Of a stretch of 64,000 nucleotides of DNA, positions 54,884 to 62,491 are shown one piece after another. Both the position numbers and the translations under genes were made by a program. The number at the start of each line of letters is the position of its first letter. Positions within the stretch are counted from its first letter, which is position 1. Where the stretch lies: IMG/VR virus record IMGVR_UViG_3300049215_000771, positions 62,001-126,000 of that record. One strand, 5' to 3'. The notes beneath the pieces were generated by a model, which was not told the origin of the DNA, did not search any database, and worked only from the letters and a program-made list of their open reading frames with translations.

Positions 54884-55579
54884 ATGCAAGTCTGGCTTGA
54901 ACCTATTGAGATGGTCGGGGCATCAGTTCCGATCCCCGCCGTTCTCACACGAATTCAACTGGCGTGTTGTGATGCCGGGTTTCAAAGTCAGAAACTCAAC
55001 CAAATTCTCAATGAAGCCTGCATGGTCATGCCCGGCAATCTCGAACAAGCCAAGGGCAACTACGATCCTAGCGTTTACGCTATGGAGGTTATACAAACCG
55101 AGCGTATTCGAGTGGGATTTTTCGACAGGCTCCGTGATGCTCTCGATGAAGTTGCCCAGGCCGCTGGGGACACGATTGATTGGTGTCTGTTATTCATGGA
55201 TTACGACATCCATTTCGCTCGGCATGACGCCTTCGTGAACGGCCTGAAATGTTTTCCGTACTTGGAATGCTATCTTGTTGTCGCCGACGCCGACTCGCCA
55301 TTGATGAACAACTGGAGGAATCCACGGAAATTATCGGTACAAGTTATCACAGAGGCCACACTGCAAACAATGGCCCCCTCGATGGGTTTCCAGAATCCGA
55401 TTGGAATTCAAGGCATATTTGCGCAACAACCATTGCCGGCCCCAGCAGCGAGTGGTAATATGCCCGCTGTCTCGCCTTCTGGTTGGCTGAATGACTATGA
55501 AGACCCTGAAGAAGTGGAAGAAGTGGTCAAGCCACAACCAAAGCCCAAGACAAAATATCGGAGCATCGACGACCCGTGA
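54884..55579 (+). CDS. hypothetical protein with C-terminal YRSIDD motif
   Basis: Ends ...PKTKYRSIDDP; motif at 55556-55573. Confidence 0.65.
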   Translation: MQVWLEPIEMVGASVPIPAVLTRIQLACCDAGFQSQKLNQILNEACMVMPGNLEQAKGNYDPSVYAMEVIQTERIRVGFFDRLRDALDEVAQAAGDTIDWCLLFMDYDIHFARHDAFVNGLKCFPYLECYLVVADADSPLMNNWRNPRKLSVQVITEATLQTMAPSMGFQNPIGIQGIFAQQPLPAPAASGNMPAVSPSGWLNDYEDPEEVEEVVKPQPKPKTKYRSIDDP

Positions 55580-55589
55580 GGATTATGTC

Positions 55590-56207
55590 ATGTGGCGAAA
55601 ATTTATCTGGCTGCTTCGACGATTGATCGGGCGGAAACTGCCTCCTGCCCCTGCTACGCTGCCAAAAGGCACCAGATACTACAATCCCAATATCGAAGCA
55701 GGACGTTTCGGCGTCCTGGTTGTGGAGAAGGAACCGACACCGAGGACAATTTTCGGAGCAAGGGGGACGACGCATTACTTGGCGTTTCCGTATATTGTAT
55801 TTATCATTCGATTTTCGGTGCAGCATCGGAGCGGCAAGCCGGTGTATATTTTCGATCACCTGCAAGTTGGTTTCTCGATGACTTCATTGACTTCTGCCAA
55901 TGATTATATTTCTGCATTGCCGCTCTCAAATTACGAGGGCAGTTTGCCCCTTGGTGTGTGTTTGGGAGAAGGGCCAGCAAGGTACAGGCACAGTTACTCC
56001 AGTTACGATTCGCCCGAAGAAATGGCGAACTCAATCATCGCTTACTACTGGTCCAGTAGCTTCACGAAACTGCAACCTGAAGAAATGAAACGCTGGGCCA
56101 AGAAATCACCAGACAAGTTGTCCAAGTTGTTCTACAACACCGACACGCTGCGGCGGATTGCAATGCTTCCAAAACACGAGGAGTTGGGCTATGGGACACA
56201 GCACTGA
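55590..56207 (+). CDS. prokaryotic E2 (family D)-like protein
   Basis: EPTPRTIF...LAFPYIVF...LPLSNY....GVCLG. Confidence 0.45.
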   Translation: MWRKFIWLLRRLIGRKLPPAPATLPKGTRYYNPNIEAGRFGVLVVEKEPTPRTIFGARGTTHYLAFPYIVFIIRFSVQHRSGKPVYIFDHLQVGFSMTSLTSANDYISALPLSNYEGSLPLGVCLGEGPARYRHSYSSYDSPEEMANSIIAYYWSSSFTKLQPEEMKRWAKKSPDKLSKLFYNTDTLRRIAMLPKHEELGYGTQH

Positions 56208-56691
56208 GCAGCATGTTCGAGTCGGCACGAGCATCATCGTGGTTCGTGAGGGCAAGGTGTTGGCGGGCCGGCGAAAAGGGTCGCACGCCGAAGGTTTGAT
56301 CTCTTTCCCTGGCGGGCATCTCGATTTTGGTGAGACTTGGGAAAAATGTGCCTTCCGAGAACTCGAAGAAGAATGTGGGGACCAGTTACAGGTAAAGTTG
56401 AGGCCGCAAGCTAACATTGCCTCGCTTGGTCAGTCGCCGCCTGTCGGCCCACTAAGCTGGCGGCTGGACTGGTTCACTACGAACGACATCATGCCTCAGT
56501 ACGGCAAGCACTACATCACGATCTTCATGGTCGCTGATTGGGTTTCCGGGGAGGCTATCAATACCGAGCCTGACAAGTGTGAGGGCTGGGAATGGATCAC
56601 CTTCGACGAACTGAAGGCGCTGGGTGATAAGGCCGCTCAGTGGATTCCCATCAACCTCATCGAAGCCTACCGAGGAAGGATTGGCATATGA
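56191..56691 (+). CDS. Nudix hydrolase (MutT-like)
   Basis: FPGGHLDFGETWEKCAFRELEEECG; EPDKCEGWEW. Confidence 0.88.
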   Translation: MGHSTEQHVRVGTSIIVVREGKVLAGRRKGSHAEGLISFPGGHLDFGETWEKCAFRELEEECGDQLQVKLRPQANIASLGQSPPVGPLSWRLDWFTTNDIMPQYGKHYITIFMVADWVSGEAINTEPDKCEGWEWITFDELKALGDKAAQWIPINLIEAYRGRIGI

Positions 56692-57248
56692 TGTTTGCTG
56701 ACGCTGAAGGGGTTATCTCGTCGATCCCCTGGGTTTTCGTCATTGTGGTTGTTGGCATTTTCCTCTTCATCAAGATCGGGTTGCCAATGATCCGTGGTTC
56801 TGCCGCAGGGCAGGCCAACAACATGACGTTCCACACGACGGAGCAACTGGAAGAAGAAATCCACAACTTCAATTACGATACCGCCGCCAAGAGCGCCACG
56901 CTCACGCCACACGAGATTTACTTGATGAAACAGGCTGGCTACGAGCCTGTGCAGATCGTGTTTGGCAACGTGGTTTACAGCATGGGCGTGGCTGGTTTGT
57001 TTCGCACTATTGTCCGTGCCTTCACTCGTGGTGAGATGTACGATTTCACCAGGCTCAACAAGGACGCCCGCCAGCTTGCCCGCAATCGCCTTCTGGCCGA
57101 GGCTCACGAACTCGGCGCTGACCATGTGTTCGGCGTGGTTTTCGACACGAAGGAATACGCCGATTTTATCGAGATCATCGCCACCGGCACTGCCTGCAAG
57201 AAGGTGAGTGAAGGTGTCGTCAACCAGCAAATCGCAGTGGGCGTATGA
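56688..57248 (+). CDS. membrane-anchored YbjQ (UPF0145)-like protein
   Basis: N-terminal TM; ARQLARNRLLAEAHELGADHVFGV...IATGTA. Confidence 0.7.
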   Translation: MMFADAEGVISSIPWVFVIVVVGIFLFIKIGLPMIRGSAAGQANNMTFHTTEQLEEEIHNFNYDTAAKSATLTPHEIYLMKQAGYEPVQIVFGNVVYSMGVAGLFRTIVRAFTRGEMYDFTRLNKDARQLARNRLLAEAHELGADHVFGVVFDTKEYADFIEIIATGTACKKVSEGVVNQQIAVGV

Positions 57249-57841
57249 GATTCAAACCGGAAGACATTGACCCGTTGTTGTTGAGATTGATTGTTGATCT
57301 CAACAACAACGGGCTTTTAACTACAGGTTGCTGCCAGGGCAGAAGGACCGCCGAAGAGTTTTATGTGGCCCAGGAACTATCCCAGCGAGGCATCCCTGCG
57401 TCCATAAAACGAAGCATCAAGCGTTTTCTCTCCATGAGAATCAGCGATTGGTTGTACCGTGTAGACCGGGCCACACGGGAAAAACAAGAACAAGAATACA
57501 AATACAGAAAACGATACCACTCACCGGAAGCCTATGTTGGTTTCTGGCCGGCTTTGCCTGCGTCAATCGAAGAATACGCTCGGTCGGTAGGGTTGTATGT
57601 CTATGGCGGCAATGACATGACAGGGATGGCGAGCATTCGTGTATGCTCTCCTCCAGGGGAGCCAGGAGCCGTTGTCGGTTACAAAGGCCCAAGATATAAC
57701 TTCATCGCCGAATCGTGGACCAAAGAAGGCATTGAACTGGTCATCAAGGCTAATGAAGCCTTCGGCGAGAAAATGTACAGGGTGTTGGAATATGCTACCA
57801 GTGTTCATCAAAGCCAGAAGGATTCATCGACGGCATACTAA
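57245..57841 (+). CDS. hypothetical protein, Tyw3-like motif
   Basis: IDPLLLRLIVDLNNNGLLTTGCCQG; same pattern as 51995..52357. Confidence 0.5.
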   Translation: MRFKPEDIDPLLLRLIVDLNNNGLLTTGCCQGRRTAEEFYVAQELSQRGIPASIKRSIKRFLSMRISDWLYRVDRATREKQEQEYKYRKRYHSPEAYVGFWPALPASIEEYARSVGLYVYGGNDMTGMASIRVCSPPGEPGAVVGYKGPRYNFIAESWTKEGIELVIKANEAFGEKMYRVLEYATSVHQSQKDSSTAY

Positions 57842-57860
57842 TCTAGTCACCGACAGTGGT

Positions 57861-58139
57861 ATGTTGTGTAGCTGGATTCACTGGCCCAAGAACTTCATCA
57901 AGAATTTGTTCACCGAAGGTTATCGTTTTCTCAAGAACGATATTTTCGGATGGAACCTGGGTGCTATGGCCTGGGTCCAGTGGTTCCTCGTATTGTCGCC
58001 GTTCGCCTTTCACGGCTGGAGCGGTGGCTGGGAACATTTGTGGAACCACAACGCTCCAGTCATTTTTATCCTGTTCCTGGCAGCGTTTTTCAGTCGGTCT
58101 AAATCAAGGCGCACCAGTTGTGGCAACGATGACGACTAG
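57861..58139 (+). CDS. membrane protein (TAG stop)
   Basis: Hydrophobic, Trp-rich. Confidence 0.5.
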   Translation: MLCSWIHWPKNFIKNLFTEGYRFLKNDIFGWNLGAMAWVQWFLVLSPFAFHGWSGGWEHLWNHNAPVIFILFLAAFFSRSKSRRTSCGNDDD

Positions 58140-58142
58140 GAC

Positions 58143-58171
58143 TTTACAACCATACCGAAACGGGGTATTAT
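58143..58171 (+). promoter_or_regulatory. sigma70-type promoter
   Basis: TTTACA-17-TATTAT. Confidence 0.7.
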
Positions 58172-58190
58172 GCGGGAGGAGGACAGACCG

Positions 58191-58745
58191 ATGGATTTTG
58201 AGGTTCCCGCCAACGTCGAGATTCATAAGCAAGCCATTCCGGGCGGGTGGTCTTACCCGCTCAAAACCAGCGAGATTGTGACCGCCCTTGACCTGGGCGA
58301 TCTGGATAAGAAGATCGACATTTTTTATATGAACGACCGTCCAGGTCCAACCCTTCCTCGCAACCAGAAGAAATACCGCTCCGAGGGGTGGTTCAACATT
58401 TTTTCCATCACCTGGTATGGGCATATGCGTAAGTCCGAGATGCACTTCTTCATGGGTGTGCATCTTTGCAAGCCCAAGTACCGGCAGCGGCTCAACAAAA
58501 TCATCACAGAAGAAGTGTTCCCGGTCATTAAGCCCTGGATGAAAGATGTTGGGAGATTACCAAACATCAACAGCATCTCCCTCGACTATCACACCTTCTT
58601 CCCCAAACCCGGCGTGTACCAAAAACTGGAATGGGGTTTGGAACTGCGAGAGAACAAGGACCACCGCAAGTGGTTCAAAGTCATCGACCTGGACAAGAAG
58701 GAAGGCGAAGATGAAGGCGCAGAAGGGACAGTTCTGGCGACGTAA
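58191..58745 (+). CDS. hypothetical protein
   Basis: GGAGGA RBS. Confidence 0.6.
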   Translation: MDFEVPANVEIHKQAIPGGWSYPLKTSEIVTALDLGDLDKKIDIFYMNDRPGPTLPRNQKKYRSEGWFNIFSITWYGHMRKSEMHFFMGVHLCKPKYRQRLNKIITEEVFPVIKPWMKDVGRLPNINSISLDYHTFFPKPGVYQKLEWGLELRENKDHRKWFKVIDLDKKEGEDEGAEGTVLAT

Positions 58746-59148
58746 TCACGAGTGTATTTGGGTCCGTTTCGTTTTTGGTATTGAGGATGATACCGTTCAC
58801 TTCTTGGAATATCAACCCAATGGTGTCGTGCCATACCGTGGTTCCGAGAAGATGTACGAAGAAGACGAAGATTACCCTTCCTGGGTTCAGATCAGCGCCC
58901 CGGAAGCGGAGTTGTTGATTGTCAACATGAAGGATCAGGACACCGAGTACAGCTATCGCCTGGGGAAGAAGGCTGACGCCGAAAAATTGGCCCAGGCGTT
59001 GAAGATACTGGAACGGAAGAAGGTATCGTCGGTTTGTATCCGTGACAACGTGGTTCGTATATCGACCGACAACGGGGCAGAATACGAGATCGCTTTGACG
59101 AGGGATGGGTATTCGAGCAGGCAGACTGGCCTGCCTGACCCGTGGTGA
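58711..59148 (+). CDS. hypothetical protein
   Basis: MKAQKGQFWRRN... Confidence 0.55.
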   Translation: MKAQKGQFWRRNHECIWVRFVFGIEDDTVHFLEYQPNGVVPYRGSEKMYEEDEDYPSWVQISAPEAELLIVNMKDQDTEYSYRLGKKADAEKLAQALKILERKKVSSVCIRDNVVRISTDNGAEYEIALTRDGYSSRQTGLPDPW

Positions 59149-59157
59149 GGAAAAGCC

Positions 59158-59388
59158 ATGCCGAGGATTAAGTCGGGCGTTCAGAAGAAGCGCAAAAACT
59201 TCGATATTGCTGTCAAGCATCTCGATATGCTTGAGTATATCAAGAAGAAGCACAACATGGATTCTGACACGGAAGCCGTGCGTTGGTGCATTGCTCACAC
59301 TTTCTCCGTTGAAAAAATGGAGGAAGACAGCATCCAAATGCGGTTCGTAGATAAAGAAGGGAAAATTCGTGGAGTGATCTTCCTTTAA
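59158..59388 (+). CDS. small ribbon-helix-helix-like protein
   Basis: KNFDIAVKHLDMLEYIKKKHNMDSDTEAVRWCI. Confidence 0.5.
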   Translation: MPRIKSGVQKKRKNFDIAVKHLDMLEYIKKKHNMDSDTEAVRWCIAHTFSVEKMEEDSIQMRFVDKEGKIRGVIFL

Positions 59389-59392
59389 GACT

Positions 59393-59463
59393 GCCCCGTT
59401 GGTACATTGGCTGTGCCGTGGCCTCTAAAGCCACAGAAGTCGGTTCGATTCCGGCACGGGGTA
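59393..59463 (+). tRNA. amber suppressor tRNA, anticodon CUA (copy 1)
   Basis: GCCCCGT/ACGGGGT acceptor, GTGGC-CTCTAAA-GCCAC (CTA at 59425-59427), GTCGG-TTCGATT-CCGGC, A73. Confidence 0.85.
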
Positions 59464-59466
59464 CAA

Positions 59467-59539
59467 GCCCTGGTAGCTCAGTGGTCAGAGCGGTTGACTC
59501 TAAATCAACGTGTCGTGGGTTCGATCCCCACCCAGGGCG
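59467..59539 (+). tRNA. amber suppressor tRNA, anticodon CUA (copy 2)
   Basis: GCCCTGG/CCAGGGC acceptor, GCTC/GAGC D stem, GTTGA-CTCTAAA-TCAAC (CTA at 59500-59502), GTGGG-TTCGATC-CCCAC, G73. Confidence 0.88.
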
Positions 59540-59560
59540 CTGCATATCATAGGGAGGTTC

Positions 59561-59656
59561 ATGATGAGACTTCGTTTCCACGAACAGGTTCCCACTATTG
59601 GCGGTTCCTACAGCGGGTATCACGGCGGTTGGCGAACTTCCGAGTCGCTTCTTTAA
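59561..59656 (+). CDS. 31-aa ORF starting MMRLRF
   Basis: GGGAGG RBS; in frame with the next gene, separated by TAA. Confidence 0.4.
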   Translation: MMRLRFHEQVPTIGGSYSGYHGGWRTSESLL

Positions 59657-59665
59657 GGTCGTCCG

Positions 59666-60262
59666 ATGAGACTGAGATTCCAACACGACAATGTGGAGGA
59701 TGGCCAGGGCTGCGGTACAATTCTAAGTTTGGAACCACAGTTCCGTACCATCTACACAATGGGTAACGGGTATAGCACACGCAGTAGGTACGATGGAAAC
59801 ATTGTTACCCTGCCGTGGCCACATTTGATCTTTGTGTTTCGCTACACGAAGGTTGAGGGCGGCTATATGTATGGTGGTTTGTACGGCAACGGCCTGCGGG
59901 TGTTGTTGAAATCGGAGCCACTGCGCTCTTTCGATGACCTGGTGGCATACGCTCCTACCGAACATCACGGTGGAGGGCTGGCGTGTACCGATCATGGATG
60001 GGATAATTCCTTGTTCAAAAACCCACAGGAGTTGATGGGAACGATTCTGGAGATTTGGTGGGGGAGCGCCCATCACATGCGTCCGCCTCTCGACATTTCT
60101 GCATGGAAGAAGATGTCGGTAGAAGAAGTCGTAACCTACAAGTGGGGAGAAGTTGCCAAACTTTCTACCTTGCTGCCGTTTTCTGGCGAACTTATCGACA
60201 AGGACGTTGGTATTCTTCCAAGTGTGTTGAAAAAAGGACCGAAATTGTATGGCCGCAGATGA
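59666..60262 (+). CDS. prokaryotic E2 (family D)-like protein, paralog of 55590..56207
   Basis: LEPQFRTIY...LPWPHLIFVFRY...LAC. Confidence 0.4.
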   Translation: MRLRFQHDNVEDGQGCGTILSLEPQFRTIYTMGNGYSTRSRYDGNIVTLPWPHLIFVFRYTKVEGGYMYGGLYGNGLRVLLKSEPLRSFDDLVAYAPTEHHGGGLACTDHGWDNSLFKNPQELMGTILEIWWGSAHHMRPPLDISAWKKMSVEEVVTYKWGEVAKLSTLLPFSGELIDKDVGILPSVLKKGPKLYGRR

Positions 60263-60599
60263 TTGGGTTGGGAAACGCTTTCCAGAACCGCCTGAACGCC
60301 TCACCCGTCCATACTTTGACCCTGACCATGTTGGTCGGGGTTATTGTATGTACTGCCGTGACGATCACGACAGTCCCGGACCAGTTTTCATGTGGCGAGA
60401 TAACAACACCCTTCTTCTCAAGCCAGGCCACATGAACTGTGTTTTGTGTGGGCAGCGGTACTTCGCCGAACTTGAAGACTTGGAATTGTTGTGTGGTTTT
60501 CCGCCCACGATGAACAACATCTACGATTTCGAGACGATCTACGCCCGGTGGAAGGCTCGCTACCGTTCCATTGACGACCCCTGGCAATCCAGTTCTTAG
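60249..60599 (+). CDS. Zn-binding hypothetical protein with C-terminal YRSIDD motif (TAG stop)
   Basis: CMYC, CVLC; ends ...KARYRSIDDPWQSSS; motif at 60561-60578. Confidence 0.65.
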   Translation: MAADDWVGKRFPEPPERLTRPYFDPDHVGRGYCMYCRDDHDSPGPVFMWRDNNTLLLKPGHMNCVLCGQRYFAELEDLELLCGFPPTMNNIYDFETIYARWKARYRSIDDPWQSSS

Positions 60600-60628
60600 T
60601 TTACAACCACGAAAATACGGAGTAGTAT
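60600..60628 (+). promoter_or_regulatory. sigma70-type promoter
   Basis: TTTACA-17-TAGTAT. Confidence 0.7.
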
Positions 60629-60634
60629 CTTATC

Positions 60635-61582
60635 ATGAACGACAGGCGCAAAGGAACACTGATCGGCCTGGCGATTGGCGATGCTCTTGGAGCCGCCGTC
60701 GAATTTCGTGATCCAGGCACTTTCGCCCCCGTCACCTGTTATCGCAGCGGCGGGCCGCACAGTCTTGCTCCTGGGCAATGGACTGATGACACCAGCATGG
60801 CCCTGGCGCTGGCTGACAGCATCGGCGAGATGGGTTGGAATCTGCACGATCAGATGACCCGTTATGTCAAGTGGTGGCAAGAAGGTGAGTACGCTGTCAA
60901 CGGCTGGTGTTTCGACATCGGCGGGACGACGGCTTCCTCTCTCAGCAACTTCATGGAAACCAATCAGGTTGAAGGTTGCTCCGACCCCGGCGAAGATATG
61001 AGTGGCAATGGGTCCATCATGAGGCTGGCTCCCGTCGCCATCAAGTATTACGACTACTTCCCCAATCGAATCAGGGAGTTGTCGATGATCGCCGATGACT
61101 CCAGCCGTACCACGCACGCCAGTCCGCAATGCCGTTCGGCGTGTCGTGCCCTGGCAGTGATGCTTGCCGGCCTCATCAACGGCGAGAAGAAGGAAGTGGT
61201 GTTGGATACCGACAGTGGTTGGTATTTTCTTGCTGAATTGCACAACATCGAACCGCTGCACCCGAAGATTCTGGATGTTCTGAAGGGCAGCTACAAGACG
61301 AAGAATCCGCCCGAAATCAAGGGATCGGGTTGGGTTGTGCAAAGCCTGGAGGCGGCATTGTGGGCTTTCTACAACTCTGGCAGTTTTGAGGAAGCGGTGC
61401 TGAAAGCCGTCAACCTGGGGGATGACGCTGATACAACTGGCGCTGTGTGTGGACAACTTGCCGGCGCTTGTTGGGGCGAGAGTGGCATTCCTACGTCACT
61501 GTTGACGGGATTGGCTCGTCACGACATGCTCAACAAGGCGCTGGTCAGCTTGATGGGAGCAGAGAATGTCATTTCAGGGTAA
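60635..61582 (+). CDS. ADP-ribosylglycohydrolase (DraG/ARH family), second copy
   Basis: GLAIGDALG, WTDDTSM, GNGSIMRLAP, GDDADTT. Confidence 0.92.
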   Translation: MNDRRKGTLIGLAIGDALGAAVEFRDPGTFAPVTCYRSGGPHSLAPGQWTDDTSMALALADSIGEMGWNLHDQMTRYVKWWQEGEYAVNGWCFDIGGTTASSLSNFMETNQVEGCSDPGEDMSGNGSIMRLAPVAIKYYDYFPNRIRELSMIADDSSRTTHASPQCRSACRALAVMLAGLINGEKKEVVLDTDSGWYFLAELHNIEPLHPKILDVLKGSYKTKNPPEIKGSGWVVQSLEAALWAFYNSGSFEEAVLKAVNLGDDADTTGAVCGQLAGACWGESGIPTSLLTGLARHDMLNKALVSLMGAENVISG

Positions 61583-62243
61583 GTTCCTTGTCGCCCGCCC
61601 GATTCTGAAAGACCCCGTGTTCGGCGGCAAGGTGGTGTTCATTACCCGTTCGGACAAGAACGGGTCCGAGGGGTTCATTCTCAATGGCCCTCAGTGTGGT
61701 CGTGTTGGTTTCGGCGAAATGAAGGGTGAGGAAGTCCCCCAAGATCGGGAACAAATGACCAAGATGGTCAACGAGGGTAAGATTGACTCGGCCCCTCTCT
61801 ACAGTGGTGGGCCTTGTCAAAGTCCATCCATCGTGATGTTCCACGGCTACCCGGATTTCATCGAATCTGCCGACAAGGACGAATTCCAGATTGGTTCGAC
61901 CCTGTTGGATGAAGTGAGTGGGGACAAAACCATCATTCCGGGCGTCTACTACGGCGAACCGTCAACGATGGCTCAGATCATCATGGGCAAGCGGGTTGTT
62001 GAAGGAAAATTTCGGTTCTTCAATAACCAGGCTGCCTGGAGCGCCGGCCAACTCGAACGTGAGATTGAAGCGGGAGCGTGGGATGTAGTGGAAGCCGACA
62101 TTGAGGCTGTCTTCGACCCGGCCAAGGCCGACAAAATCTGGTCTGAAAAATACAACTATCAGGCCAAAGATTTCATCAAGGACATGCTTCAAAATGACGA
62201 CGACCTGCCCCCGTTCCGAATGCCGGAACCTTCTGACAATTGA
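61566..62243 (+). CDS. YqgE/AlgH (UPF0301) family protein
   Basis: GKFLVARP.LKDP.F, SEGFILN, LYSGGPC, AWSAGQLEREIEAGAW. Confidence 0.8.
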   Translation: MSFQGKFLVARPILKDPVFGGKVVFITRSDKNGSEGFILNGPQCGRVGFGEMKGEEVPQDREQMTKMVNEGKIDSAPLYSGGPCQSPSIVMFHGYPDFIESADKDEFQIGSTLLDEVSGDKTIIPGVYYGEPSTMAQIIMGKRVVEGKFRFFNNQAAWSAGQLEREIEAGAWDVVEADIEAVFDPAKADKIWSEKYNYQAKDFIKDMLQNDDDLPPFRMPEPSDN

Positions 62244-62491
62244 GGCGACCGATGACGATTGCTGAACTGGCTGATGCCTTGACTCGTCCGACCCTGCTGC
62301 ATGAAATTTTGGGCGAGTACGAGGGCGACTTCTCGATTGGTGTGGCCGGTACTGTGGCGCAGCCGGCCATTTCTTTGCGTGTCCAGACAGGGAAACATTC
62401 TTTCCCTGAAAGTGTGGAAATTGATGGTGAGATTTTCCCACTTCACGTTGAGGAAGGATTTGTCTCACCAACACCATTGGGGAAGTCATGA
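62240..62491 (+). CDS. hypothetical protein
   Basis: 83-aa ORF; the start may be the ATG near 62252. Confidence 0.5.
   Translation: MRRPMTIAELADALTRPTLLHEILGEYEGDFSIGVAGTVAQPAISLRVQTGKHSFPESVEIDGEIFPLHVEEGFVSPTPLGKS

Noticed and set aside
33647-54889. Long antisense ORFs (e.g. 33647..35257, 35724..37082, 38470..40236, 52613..54889, also 12413..13915)
   Set aside because: They shadow strongly codon-biased + strand genes and carry no recognisable motifs.
57861-58745. TAG read-through fusion of the membrane ORF with 58191..58745 (in frame)
   Set aside because: A full TTTACA promoter and a GGAGGA RBS lie between them, indicating independent expression.
59393-59539. tRNA-Pyl identity for the CUA tRNAs
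   Set aside because: Both have 5-bp anticodon stems, D-loop GG, TTCGA T-loops and 4-5 nt variable loops, unlike tRNA-Pyl; no pyl genes are seen.
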